Part shown: piece after piece, positions 45,760 to 57,833 of the stretch
Position numbering within the stretch: the first letter of the stretch is position 1
Layout: each line of letters opens with the position of its first letter
Source of the DNA: Corallochytrium limacisporum Hawaii
Taxonomy: Eukaryota > Protista > Pluriformea
Assembly: GCA_002811645.1 (NCBI GenBank)
Contig: PDIP01000035.1
Location: 62,001-126,000, forward strand
DNA: 64,000 nucleotides
Reading direction: 5' to 3'
Translations under genes and position numbers: made by a program
Notes under the pieces: generated by a model
The model's input: the letters and a program-made list of their open reading frames with translations, nothing else
Database searches by the model: none
Told to the model about the DNA's origin: nothing

Positions 45760-46551
45760 TCAACCGTCGGCCAGGCGCTCGATCTCGTCATTCTCGTATA
45801 CTCCCGAAACGTCCTCTTGTTCTGCTGCGTTCAGAGCCGCCCGCACGACTGACTCTGCAGATATCGGTGGAGTGTACACCCTTGACCACATTCCTCTAAT
45901 GCCAGGCAGTTTTCCAGATATTGTGTTGATCATTGAATTAGCAATCATGCCAAACCCAGCCATGCCAACTGTGGCTGGGTTGTCAGCACCGTAAATGAAG
46001 CTTGGCCGGAGTATTACCAGCCGGAACTGCTGGTCAGCAATATTAGAAATCTCAGGCTCAGCCAGCTCCTGGAGACCCCGTTCTGCATCTCGCTTCGTCT
46101 TGAGATAGCGCTTGTCAACAAATGGCTCGGGAGCGGCATCGGCCGCAGACAGAAAGATGAACGTTCTCAACGATCCACAGGCCAAAGCAGTTTCAGCGAC
46201 TCGCAGAGCCGTATCTCTGTTGATCTTCTCAAATGTCTCGGTTGCATCCTTGTTTAGTAATTCCTTGGGCGTAGGGAATGTACCCCTCTTGAGTTTTTTG
46301 TACCCCTGGTTCTCGAATAGTGTACCAATGGTATGGATAATTGTGTCATGCCCGTCAATGGCACCACGGTAGGTGTCAGGATCTAGTGCGTTTCCCTGAA
46401 TCCAGTTTACTTTTGACTTCCAGGGCTGTCCGTCGGCAGGCACGTTTCTGTTCAGGCTTGATACATTCAAGCCTCTCTGTAGAGCTGCACGGCAAATACC
46501 GGCGCCTACGAATCCGGACCCTCCAACCACAAGCAGACGCCCGACGGCCAT
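45760..46551 (-). CDS. Atypical SDR / NAD(P)-binding protein (COQ11-like)
   Basis: GGSGFVG Rossmann motif, INRDTA, FLSA, RYLKTKRDAE and LRPSFIYG. Confidence 0.82.
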   Translation of the reverse strand: MAVGRLLVVGGSGFVGAGICRAALQRGLNVSSLNRNVPADGQPWKSKVNWIQGNALDPDTYRGAIDGHDTIIHTIGTLFENQGYKKLKRGTFPTPKELLNKDATETFEKINRDTALRVAETALACGSLRTFIFLSAADAAPEPFVDKRYLKTKRDAERGLQELAEPEISNIADQQFRLVILRPSFIYGADNPATVGMAGFGMIANSMINTISGKLPGIRGMWSRVYTPPISAESVVRAALNAAEQEDVSGVYENDEIERLADG

Positions 46552-47217
46552 GTTGTACTATGTTCTTGTTGATCTGCAGGTCTCTGGCCCATAGTTTCTG
46601 CACAATGTCCAGGATTTAGAATCTGTCTACTTGTTTGTACCATCAACGCCAGTCCATTTGTTTGTGTTGCCATTCCAATCGCTAAGAGTAAAGAGATCAT
46701 CAACCTCCCATCCGTGACTGAGCTGACTTCACCTGCTGGACGGAGAGCGCTGCACACACCACACTGAGCTAAACTCGCATACCACCTCCCGACCGGCCAC
46801 GGTATTATTGATCATTTATCCCGCCGGCCTTCTGTGCGGATCGCCCCCACCCCGGGGTGGATCTCACTGTTGTGTCTCCAGTGCCCCTCTGCCGCTGCTG
46901 CCACTACTGCTGAGCGTGTGGACTTGCGCGGGTGAAAAATTGGAGGAAACAGCTCGATCAAAACTCCGTTCAGTGTGTCTGCCCGTTCGGACAAGGCCGG
47001 CGATCGATTTCCCTGCGGTGCACAGGATGGTCCTATTTGGGTCTGCAATCAGTCCTCAACAGGTACAGTTGGAAGGGGTTTAGAGCTATCTGAGTAACTC
47101 CGTGACACAGAAAGCACGGTCGATCACAGCATGTTCAGAGCGAGTACACAGAGTCTGTTGTACACTTTACATGTCCCTAGAACCTTTGCGCAGACATCCT
47201 GATTCGTGTTAGCCAAA

Positions 47218-48975
47218 ATGAGCTACCATAAAAGCATGACCAATTTTCCAAAGATCAGCTATCCAGCTTTTCGGAGGGCTGAGGACGTTGTAGATGACTA
47301 CCATGGCACTGTGATCAGCGATCCGTACCGGTGGCTAGAGGATCCTGATGCCGATGAAACCAAGGCATTTGTTGACAAGCAGAATGAGATCTTCAACGAA
47401 TTCATTGAGAAATGTCAGCAAAGGGAGCCTTTCCGGAAAAAGATCGAGGTCCAGTTCAATTATCCTAAGTATGGCACCCCGATGAAGAAGGGAGACAACT
47501 ACTTCTACTTCTACAACAGTGGTCTGCAGAACCAGAGCGTTTTGTACGTTCAGGACAGCCTCGAGGCCGAAGGGAAGGTGTTCTGGGATCCCAATGCCAT
47601 CTCGCCCGAAGGAGATTTGTCTTTGAGGACTTATTCCTTCAGTGAAGACGGAAAGTACATCGCAATGGGTCTTTCGTGGAGCGGCAGTGATTGGATGAAG
47701 GTCAAAATCGCTCGCATTGAAGGACAAGAGCGCGTGGATCTCGAGGACGAGCTATCATGGGTGAAGTTTACTGGTCTGACGTGGACACACGACCACCAAG
47801 GGTTCTTTTACAACCGCTATCCGGAACCCGAGAAACGTGCAGATGGCACTGAAACCGACAGCAATCTACATCATAAGATGTACTACCATAGGCTAGGTGA
47901 CCCACAGTCGAAAGATCGTCTAATTTTTGAAACTCCTGAGGAGCCACGGTGGATGTCAGGAGCAGAGATTAGTGACGATGGCAAGCATCTCATGATGAGT
48001 ATCAGCAAGGGTACGGATCCCGTGAATCGTTTGTATACTGCAAAGCTCGCAGAAGACGGCTCCTTGCCGGAAACGATTGATATTTGCAAGATCGTGGACA
48101 ATTTCGATGCCGAATTCCAGTATGTAGCAAACGAGGAGAATCGCTTTATTTTCAAGAGCAACCTCAATGCTTCCAACTACAAACTCCTTGAGGTAGACAT
48201 TGAAGAGGGCAAGACTTGGAAGGACTACGTTGGTGAGAAGGACAGTGTACTTGAGTGGGCGACCAGCGTGGCCGGAGACAAACTTGTCTTGACTTACTTG
48301 GAGGATGTGAAGCATAGAATGCACCTACACCACATTGATGATGGAAAGGAGATTGGCAAGATTCCTATTGACATCGGTACGATCATGGGCTTCAGCGGAA
48401 AGAAGAAGGATACTCGTGTCTTCTACCAATTTACTTCCTTCACCGACCCGGGTACTGTCTACTACTGTGACCTAGACAAGGCGGAAATTAAACCGGTGCT
48501 CTTCCGCAGACCCAAAGTACCTGAATTTGACGTGGATGCTCTTGTCACGGAACAAGTGTTTGTACCCTCTAAAGATGGTACCAAGATTCCCATGTTCATC
48601 GTGCACCATAAGGATATCAAGCTGGATGGAACAAATCCCTGCCTGCAGTACGGCTATGGTGGCTTCAACATCAGTGTGACACCCTCTTTCGCTGTTTCAC
48701 GTGCGATTTTCATTAATAACCTCCGTGGTGTCTTTGCACTTGCGAATATTCGCGGTGGCGGCGAATATGGAGAAGATTGGCATCAGGGAGGGTGCCTTGC
48801 AAATAAGCAGAACTGTTTTGATGACTTCGCTGCCTGCTCTCAGTATCTCATCGACAAGAAGTACACAAGTTCAAGCCGTCTAGTTGTCAATGGTGGATCG
48901 AACGGAGGCTTGCTTGTGGCGGCCAGCCTCAATCAGAGGCCGGATCTCTATGCTGGTGGTGTTGCTCAAGTTGGT

Positions 48976-49013
<38 letters not shown>

Positions 49014-49365
49014 TCATGCGTGGACCACAGACTATGGCTGCTCCGACAATCCCGAGCAATTCAAGTGGCTGATCAAATACTCGCCGCTCCATAATGTGAA
49101 GGTCACAAGTGGACAGCAGTATCCGAGTTGCCTGCTGTTGACTGGTGATCACGACGACCGCGTCGTTCCGTTACACTCTCTGAAGCTGATGGCTACTCTA
49201 CAGGAAGTACATGGCAAGAATCCTGATCAAACAAACCCTATCCTGATCCGCGTAGATACAAAATCTGGCCACGGCGCCGGCAAGCCGACTGCAAAGATGC
49301 TGGACGAAGCGGCTGAAATCTATGGATATGTAAGCGAGATCACTGGAGCCACCTGGCACGACTGA
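47218..49365 (+). CDS. PREP: Prolyl endopeptidase (S9A)
   Basis: DPYRWLED, YGYGGF, GGSNGGLL (catalytic Ser), DHDDRVVP (Asp) and SGHGAGKP (His). Confidence 0.97.
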
Positions 49366-49445
49366 ATCGAAACATTACATAGTTGCGTATATTATGTCTA
49401 TGGATGCCTATCAGTTGGTAACATACAATAAAGGATATCCTTATA

Positions 49446-51002
49446 TTACTGAAAATCCCATGGTATGCCCAAATCGCCATTTCCATAAACCTGGTATGCG
49501 GTACCAATTCGCAGGGCCAGCCCTTCTACAGGTATGTGTTCTTTGAGGAGCCGTCGGCACGTCTTCTCCATTTGCTTGCGCGTCACATGCTGCTCCTTGA
49601 CCAGCGACCGAAGCTTTAGGCGCATCCGAAACGTCTCAACACGATTCATAAGCAAGAAGTTCTCCCGTACAATTGCCCGCGCACTTTCGTAGTTCTGTTC
49701 CAAGAATTCCAACATGTCTTGCGGCTTTGTGCCGTAGAGGACACGGATCTCTCCTGTAGATTTGTCCAACTCTGGTCGAAAACTGCTCATACGGTTGGGT
49801 CCACAAATGCGGACGTCTATGCCTGGAATCCGTTTGCGATGGATTGTCACTTCCCGATTCTTTACAACTGTGTCGGGCGCCTGTGCATCTTCTCTAGCGT
49901 TGACTAGCACCGGCGTCAGCTTCGGATGCAATGGAAGGTATGCGGTCAACGTACGGAGGTAGAAGATATAATCCTCTATGTTGATACCATGATCAGCCTT
50001 CATGTTCACAGTGGGCATTTCCAACGCACACCGGTCCTCAAGATCTGTTTTCTCCTTGATTTTTGGAAGATCCCCCAGTGACCTCCGAATGGTACGATAC
50101 CACTGATGCGGAACGGACGAGATATCCAAGTACAGCCGACCATCAGAGCCGATGCCATTATTGGATTCCAAAACGATGGGTAATTGTTGGATCTCCGGCT
50201 GGAATTCCTCGGCACTGTCTTCCAGCAACTCCTCTAGCTCTTGCAGTCGGATTACAACATTTTCGGTCGCCCACTTTGATTCTACTGTTAGATCCTTCAA
50301 GTGATACTTCTTCTTCGTCCCCGTTATGATATAGTCTACGGACGCTTGAGACTTTCGGTCCAAACTTGTGTGCTTGTATGAGGTTGTGTGTTGGGACAGA
50401 ATCCAGTTTTTTAGGGATGGACGATACTTTTGCTTCAGCAGCTCCCAATACCGGCTGAAGTCGTCAGCGGACCAGTCCACCCAATCGTCATCGACGGTAG
50501 GTTCGAAACGTGACCTGCTTCCACTGTTCCGGTATAGCCCCTCTTTGTCTATGGTGCCATCCGATGTTCTGACCAGCTGTTTTTTGTGGTGCGCAAGCGC
50601 TTCCCCTTCTAATAGCCCACAATTGTACAGGACAGATTCAATAGCTTCTTTAACGGTTGTTCCCTGGGGCGCGAACGTAACTTTTCTGGTCGCCTCCGAC
50701 CCTTCACTGATTTTCCCTTGTCGCCGGACATAGAAGGATAGCAGGGGTGTTCTGCCTACAACGCAACGTTTCAGGCCGTCCAAGTACTCAAACAATGCTT
50801 TGATGTTTGTCTCATTTGTTATCCGTTGAGACTCCGATCCGTAAAAGAAGTCAGGATGCACAGCAAAGAAGAATGGCCGAAGGGACGGTGACCCTTTGGG
50901 TACATGGCTAACCAACTGCCTCCGTACAAGGGGGTGTGATGTACCGGAGTGTGCTATACTAGCAAACCTTATCCCTTGCCGAAGATTGCACAGTCGGTAC
51001 AT
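49446..51002 (-). CDS. TCAIM: T-cell activation inhibitor mitochondrial-like protein (DUF4460/DUF4461)
   Basis: LRPFFFAVHPDFF..NE motif and C-terminal G.L.IPWDF. ATG at 51002 gives a presequence-like MYRLCNLRQGIRFAS; an alternative ATG lies at 51053. Confidence 0.85.
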   Translation of the reverse strand: MYRLCNLRQGIRFASIAHSGTSHPLVRRQLVSHVPKGSPSLRPFFFAVHPDFFYGSESQRITNETNIKALFEYLDGLKRCVVGRTPLLSFYVRRQGKISEGSEATRKVTFAPQGTTVKEAIESVLYNCGLLEGEALAHHKKQLVRTSDGTIDKEGLYRNSGSRSRFEPTVDDDWVDWSADDFSRYWELLKQKYRPSLKNWILSQHTTSYKHTSLDRKSQASVDYIITGTKKKYHLKDLTVESKWATENVVIRLQELEELLEDSAEEFQPEIQQLPIVLESNNGIGSDGRLYLDISSVPHQWYRTIRRSLGDLPKIKEKTDLEDRCALEMPTVNMKADHGINIEDYIFYLRTLTAYLPLHPKLTPVLVNAREDAQAPDTVVKNREVTIHRKRIPGIDVRICGPNRMSSFRPELDKSTGEIRVLYGTKPQDMLEFLEQNYESARAIVRENFLLMNRVETFRMRLKLRSLVKEQHVTRKQMEKTCRRLLKEHIPVEGLALRIGTAYQVYGNGDLGIPWDFQ

Positions 51003-51949
51003 GGTACTTGGTATCCCGTTTGCCACATTCCCATGGTCAATAAAATGTACCATGTCCTACTAACGTCACCCATACAAGAGTTAAGGTGTCGTGCCGGCGT
51101 TCAGAAAGCTCATTCCAACGCCCTCTCATACCTGCCGGGGACCATAAGTTGGATACTTAGGATACCCCAAGGGAACCCCACCGCACCGTGTGACGAATCC
51201 CAATTGTGCGTTCCGTATTGGCAGAAGCGGGTCTGTCGTGTGGCTTTGGTTTCAGCGCACCCTCTCCCATGTCAACAAACTGAAAGCCTCATTTAAAAAT
51301 TGATCTCTACAAGACCAAGCAGCGGTTGGCTTGTCAGGAACTTGGCATGCATACAAGTTGTTATTGATCAGTGCACATCTACCAGAGAAGCACATCATCC
51401 GGATTGGATGTCCAACGACTTGCACAGGGGTTAATGGCTCCCTGTTGGAACTGAAATGAAACAGCTATGATCAGCAAGTTAAGGCAATCCCACACAGCGT
51501 GGCCAAATCGATGCCCGTTCATTACTCATGCGCTTTCAATTCCGAGCTGCTGATTGGCTTCAAGCAAGGACTCCGACTACCTCTTCATGTTCTGTACACT
51601 AACTAGGGCACACTGTGTGGTCTGCAGGGGCAGAGAGAGGCAGTCATGTGCATTGATAGACATTCTGCTGGGATATTCTTTTCGCGCGCAAAATAGAAAC
51701 ACTCATCTGCAAAACTGACTTTTCCTAGCCATGTCACCAATGGTAGCGTAGCACCCATTGCTCAGAACGAAGTGATCTGGCTAGCTCCAACATGGACCAG
51801 ACCGTTAGATCATATCTCTAGTCAGCATGCTTTCGGAGAAGGTGGGAAGGCTTGGAGATGTCCGCACGATCCGCGGGACAGGGAAACACGCAGTTGACGA
51901 TTGACCCAAAGTGGGCAAGGGCTGGGGACATGTTATGAATCTAAGTGAC

Positions 51950-54178
51950 AACATCGTAGCTGTCCTTCAGGATCCCAGGGCTCTCCCAGGTTCCATGTGC
52001 ACTGGAACCATTCATTATTTTAAGTAAAGATTTCGCTCTCTATAGTGCCATTCAGCCCCCCAAGGCACAAAGGCAGCTGTAGCAACATCGGATTGGTTCA
52101 ATGCGTGACACGTCGGAGTGATGTATCAATCACGAGCATGCAGACATCAATTTAGGCTTGGCATATGAATGCTGTAGACAGCAGGTCAATGGCTCATCTC
52201 CAAGATTAAATAACAATGATTGACAAAAAGAGATTGATGTACTCCGCTTCTAAACCCCTGAAAATGGTAGTAGCGAGAATCCTGCATCAATGATTGAGAA
52301 CAATGATCCACCAGGCCACAACCCAGACATTCTTGGAGGATACTATGGGCCCTGGAGTGGGCCAAGCACGACATGAAGAACGAGGAAAACATGAGAGAGA
52401 AGGGCTCCAACTAACTCCTTCCGGCCCCTTCCTTTGTATGATCCTTTCCCATGTCCAACTGTGAATTTCTCTACTGGTTGTGGGTACATTCAAGCACGGA
52501 GCATTGGACGAAGCTGAACAGAACACGCAGGTTTTCTTCTAACCCTTCGTTCTCTGGAATCAAATTTATGCTACAATCGAGACATTGCCTCGCGCCACGG
52601 AGATGTTTTGGCATTGACACACAAACATGTGAAACCATAGGTGGGTTCCATTTCCGATCCGCCTCGAGAGGCCAGCAATGGTGGACAGAACAAAATCATG
52701 TGAAAACCTAAGCCCCGTCGAAGGCAGGAGTCAGAACAAAATAGAAATTGGCTCTCCTTCTACGATAGATAGGGTGGAACATGAGTGGTCTAGAAATTTG
52801 ATTCACATTCGATTTCTCTGACAACTTGAGCGGGGGCAGGATGGCAGAGGATGGTGAAACACGATAGCGGAAGAGATCTGTGGGCGCCATGTGATTGCAA
52901 GTGGTCCCGAGCGTTTGTACATAGTTGTAAATTGTCCAAGCATCCTCATGGTAGCCCCTCTGATATCCGATGATAGCAGCTGCCACATCACACAAGCGCC
53001 CCCATAGTTCTGCATCACGGGGTATTCAAGGAGTGAAGGAAAAGTGGATGAGAATTTGCCCCGGTTGGACTGTCCCCGATGCGTCTTTGATGAATGTGTG
53101 AATGTCGGTTACCAAAGCACGCAGTATGAACTGGTAGTAGCAAACACACAAACAGTACTGCTTGGAAGCTTACCACTGATCATCCTTGTCACTCAAAATC
53201 ATTCCTTCATGTTCTGCGGGTGGCACGAAATTGGTCACGACATGCAGCACTCGCAGTGGACCTTCATTCAATATATTGACATACATGTCAGACCATGGTT
53301 AGAAATTTGATGCCTACATGACGCCAAAGTGCTGAAATGACTCCTGGCCTTTGATGGCGGACTTCGCAAGAGCTACGTGGACAAGCGGGGATTCTCTTCT
53401 GTGGATGGGCTGTGTATGTGTGTTGCAGACGATCTCGTACAATACGAAATGCGAACAAATTGGGTTGAAACATGTGGTTCTCATTCAATGATCTGCGTGG
53501 TGAGTGTGTCCCATGACACACTTCCTATTCTGACACAAATCATTCTTGTTTTCCGCCTAAGTTGCCTTCGCCTGTGGAGTCCTCTAGCGAGGCATTGTTC
53601 ACGTTCTACACCACCTCTGAGACTACTTCGTCAGTGTTACGACTCCGAGACATGAATTCATTTCAGGTGCTGACAAGACTGTGAGGTGGAGGTCATAGCA
53701 TAGTGCGACGACATGTCCCGATATCAGAAATTGGTTTTCGCATTCAATCCTAGCTCTGGCCGGCATTGACCAATGTTTGGCGTGGACATCAATTATGTGG
53801 CGCTGACATATTTCGGAGACATGATATGCAGGAGAAGGTTGCCTGTGGGCAGCAACACATCCTGGAACCCGACCAAATCCCCGCCCACCCCCTCCCATTA
53901 AACTTGAGACGCAGTGTTCGACGATTCGCTCTAGTTCGTGCAGGATATGAGCAGAAGTACCTCTACCGTTTTCGGCATGCTATTCCTTTCGTAGCAATCA
54001 GCCTGAATTTAACTTCGTGTTTTGGGTGCGCCACATGCACCACCAGGTCCGCTTCCTCAATTCGATTTCTAACTGAAACCGTTTTTCTAACATATTGCTC
54101 GGCAGCGAGTCCAGAAACCACATGATTTCTCCGTACATCGAATGCGTTATTTAACCACAGACCACCACTATCGAGCAT
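51950..54178 (-). pseudogene. CFAP65: CFAP65 (CCDC108) pseudogene: decayed array of ASH/PapD-like domains
   Basis: Colinear fragments AFDVRRNHVVSGLAAEQYVRKTVSVRNR, PNIGQCRP..KTNF, IGSVSWDT..N..FRI, GPLRVLHVVTNF, CYYQF..ASGTVQPGQILIHFSFTP*IP, LGT..PTDLFRYR, VSPSSAILPPLK..MFHP and FSLLPFSGV*. They follow the recalled CFAP65 motif order. Many stops and frameshifts; the 3' boundary is uncertain. Confidence 0.72.
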
Positions 54179-54191
54179 TTTCGCGCCAAAA
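54178..54191. promoter_or_regulatory. E2F-type site TTTTCGCGCCAAAA
   Basis: Palindromic match to the TTTSSCGC consensus. Confidence 0.5.
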
Positions 54192-55010
54192 TTTCATCTT
54201 ATGTATTCGGTATCGAGATCGACGTTTTGGGAGAAAAGCCACTCATGTGCCACTCAATCGGATGTGTGACGCAGTGTAGTGGTGACATTTGAAGGTAAAC
54301 AAGCCGCGGGTGCCAAAACAGACTCAGATGGAATGTTGTTGGCTTAAGATTGAGTCATTTTCTTGATATCAGAATGTGCAGGAAAGGTGAGAAGGCGACA
54401 AGTGCCCATTCCACAGATACGTCAGTCTCTGGAATCAATGCTCATAGACATTATGGGATGGGTGTCCATACTGCTCAAACCACAGACAAAACTTTACGGA
54501 GAAATCATTTGACGACATGACCGCCATCGTATTCAAAACATCGAGTGGCTTATGGTCAATTATTTCCGTTCAATTGTTGAGTTGTCCCTTTCCGCGACGA
54601 GTACTGGGATAAATCGAAATGCGTCAGTTCGACTTCATTAATGCTCTCTGAACACCCGAACATCTTACTTTAGTTCTGCCGATGTCGACGTTCTTCTACA
54701 AAGCCAAACCTGACAAAACGTGGATCCACAGCGTATCATTATTCGGGAACCCACTGCGCTATATAGAAGTTATTTCCCCACACATTTGTGTCTATCAATT
54801 TCACCCCGCAATACGGTGGCTAGCCTATGAATACTGTGAGCATACACTTGCTACGTACAACGAAACAACAAGCCACAGGTAGCTCGGGCCCGTCTGTAGA
54901 ACGAACCCGCGAGCATGGGAAGGATGGAGAAGTTTGGACAAGAATGTTATGAGATCCCCCACAGGGGCCAGCCCCGTAGGTATTGCGTCGTATATTTATA
55001 ATAGCCTCGG

Positions 55011-55023
55011 TTTTGGCGCGAAA
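55011..55023. promoter_or_regulatory. E2F-type site TTTTGGCGCGAAA upstream of the RMI1-like remnant
   Basis: Matches the consensus on both strands. Confidence 0.55.
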
Positions 55024-55149
55024 TCTTCGGAATGATTTGGGCGAAGGGAGGAAGGCGGGGAGAATTTCCGGTTCCGAACTACACCACAGGTTGCTGTTTT
55101 TGGACACAACCAGTCACTTTGTTTATACTTGCATCCAAGCGCTCAATTA

Positions 55150-55580
55150 CAGTAAACCAGCAGGAAGATTAAAGAGCATGTTGAACTGCACAAAAAGTTG
55201 ATAGATGCTGCAGTAAATCCAAACTTGTAGACTCTCAATCGCACCAATAGTTCACTACTACAGCCGCACTTTCGATATCATCAGGTTCTGTGGCAATGAT
55301 GATATATGTTCTTCTTCTTATCCACAACTCCTCGATGATGATGATCTTCGATAAATAAACGAACTAGGGGAGGACATCGTTTTCATGTTGTAGAAATAGA
55401 ATTTACGCATGAACTGTTGATGAATGATGGCCACGACTACTGGGCCCTGGAAATCAGTGAATCGTAAACAGTGCATGTGCCCGTAGGAGCAAAGTTGGGA
55501 CAAGCCCTATGGTAGTGTACGTACCTCGCACTCCTGTTTGGTCAGTCCGTATTCCAGCGCAATGATTGGCACTCTGACAC
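55150..55580 (+). pseudogene. RMI1-like N-terminal OB-fold pseudogene (may extend to ~56010)
   Basis: DICSSSYPQL at 55301 (cf. DVSQPAYSQI), ELLMNDGHDYWALE..*..PVGAKL at 55411-55497 (cf. LQLTDG...GME...PPGTKI) and YGSVRT..LVSP..MIG at 55508. The fragments are in order but in different frames with stops. Confidence 0.55.
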
Positions 55581-56719
55581 TACCACAGTATCGGTGGGTT
55601 AAATTCCACGACGACGGAGGAAGCCTACGCACCTCTTTGTTACCTAGCATGCTACCCTCCATGTAAACAAAAGCAATCGTAGGAATGGCATCACAGCACT
55701 TCTTTCCGCACTTTCGCATCAATGTTGCAATTTTTAAGGTCGGAAGAGTACTATGAAAAGGTCAGTAACGTTTCGCCATGTTACAGCATGCTCGGCGTCC
55801 ACAAATATTAAAGAGAGAGATGCATAGAGAAATACTGGACACGACGCAGAGGACCCTTCGTTTCATGCAATGTTTGGTTGGCTAGATCACAGCCATGCAC
55901 ATCCTCTGACATGCGCAGGGAATTCATTTGTTAATAGGTGGTTTAAATCTAGTCGGGCTTTTAACACTACATGCTCAAACTTTCCGGGAGGCACACGAGA
56001 GCTCCCCTTAAGCAGTGTACAGTGACTTTCTACTATCTGTGGCCTGGTCTTGTGATGGTCCATACAATCGTTCTTGGCGTGGTTTCAACAGACCTGCGTA
56101 CGTTGCTCATCCCCTTAAACTAGTATCAAGGACATGTACTAGATTTACATATGTGTACAAAGCTTAAATATACTTAGCATCTACCCAATGGATTGACTAT
56201 TTGGGGTGGAATGCCGGCAGAATTGGACAAGCCTGTCTGAAAGCTACAGCCCACGAACACTGCTGCCACATCCCACGCACCTGTGACGGACCAGCAAGTC
56301 CTCCTCGCACTACTGCTGGTGTATACCTGCGCTGATGCTACCGCACTGTGTCTTCTACATGCCCCTCGGATGTGTCCCACACACACCACCACGGAGGGCA
56401 GTGACTTAAGCTGAAGAGAGTAACTGATTTCTAACTTATTTCTGGGCTCTGAAAGCTATCGGAACCTCATTTGCTAAGTGGTTCAAGGGCGAATAGCACA
56501 GTGTGGGACAGTGTTTGCGTGGAGTTGGGCGGGGAACATTCACTGGCGATAGGAATTGGCGAAAGGCAGTCATAGTGTTTCTCCCTTATTCTGAATCTGT
56601 TGTTATGTGGTTTCCAACAGTGCGCTGCTGCTTAGAGTTGCCGACTAGGAGAACGACAACAACACGAGGTTTGGTGTAAGAAAAGTGGCTGATTTGGGGT
56701 CGATTTGTGATAGGTTTGT

Positions 56720-57260
56720 GGAGGGGGAAGCAGGTTGCAAGAGCAGTATTAGCATGCGAGCGACTCAGCGTACACTGTCACACTATTCTGTCTTACATGC
56801 AAGTGTGTTTACTCACAGCCGGAGCCCCACATTTTGGGTCCTATTTACGGCTAAAGCAGATCATTGCCAGCAAAGACACCAAAAAATACGACTGATTGCA
56901 CATCGTTTTCAAAATCATCTGCCCCACTTTCGACTTTTAGCTGCTTAACTGCAACATTTGCGGCATTGAGTACCATGTTTGTTCGATATTTCAAATTTCT
57001 TGACCGAACACAATCGACAGGGCAGCAATAATCGAAAGACGGGTTGATGCTGATACTGTTTTGTTGTCCATCAGATGCCCTTCGTTCCCCCTCGTTGTGT
57101 AGAGGAGATCATCGGCGGCAACTCCCTCTCCAATTGTTTGTTCCCTGGCTGAAAATGAGGAAGTGTTTGATACTGACGGGGAAGAACAGACGAAGTAGAC
57201 GGGATGTTGGGCGGCAGAAGCTCTGTTCGTTGAGGGGCAGTCTATAGCGAAACAAGCCAT
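56720..57260 (-). pseudogene. Possible decayed protein (tyrosine/TKL-like) kinase N-lobe
   Basis: RLSIIAALSIVFGQ (degraded G-loop) is followed after a frameshift by VAVKQLK...DDFENDV and FFGV. No HRD, DFG or APE motif was recovered. Confidence 0.28.
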
Positions 57261-57833
57261 CCTCGGCGGGCAATGAATGAGTAAGTTGCTTGTATATATT
57301 TAGTATGGGGTTGCGAACAGCTGTGAGCTATGACTATGTTTGGGGATGGGGGAAAGGCAAACCTGAGCGGGGGAATAGGAAGGGGCCCCGCGGAGGGGGA
57401 GGGGGGACAGGGAGTTTCTTTACTTTACTTTCCCCCGTCTGCAAGCCTTTCCCCCTGTGCAGATCCTCCAGAAAAAGCCACACATACTTCGGAGCTCCCT
57501 CACTCTCTTTGCCTGGAAGCCGGGAACAAAGGAACCCAGAGAGAAGGGCTCGGGTAGTGCTCAGGGAGGGAATAGGACGTTCGGACTCGCCGATAAGAAT
57601 AGAATAGGAGAGCACTCTTCAAACTCGCCTGACGTTTCCCCGCTTATCCTACCGCATCTGTTACAATAAGTCTTAGCTAAGATATCTTTCCCAAACGTTT
57701 CAGGAGTCTTTGTCCCAAGGTATTAAACGGAACACAAGATTTGATACATTAAGCAGTCGGGATCTACCGCTATTCGTGAAGTTCGGTAGTTCATAATTAT
57801 CCACATAGCCTAAAACATAAACTGCACCTCAGT

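Noticed and set aside
26112-54178. Alternative genetic code, stop readthrough or introns as the explanation for the broken DRC1 and CFAP65
   Set aside because: All three stop codons terminate intact genes normally, and the lesions include frameshifts and missing segments. The one GTAAGC..CAG candidate intron in CFAP65 (~53173-53131) does not restore an ORF. RNA-level repair cannot be fully excluded without transcripts.
54179-55023. Perfect 13-bp inverted repeat suggesting a MITE
   Set aside because: There is no target-site duplication and the repeat does not extend. The motif recurs singly elsewhere and matches the E2F consensus.
51300-57300. Centromere or transposon interpretation of the ORF desert
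   Set aside because: There is no marked AT enrichment, tandem repeat, LTR/TIR or RT/transposase motif. Host-gene remnants explain much of the region.
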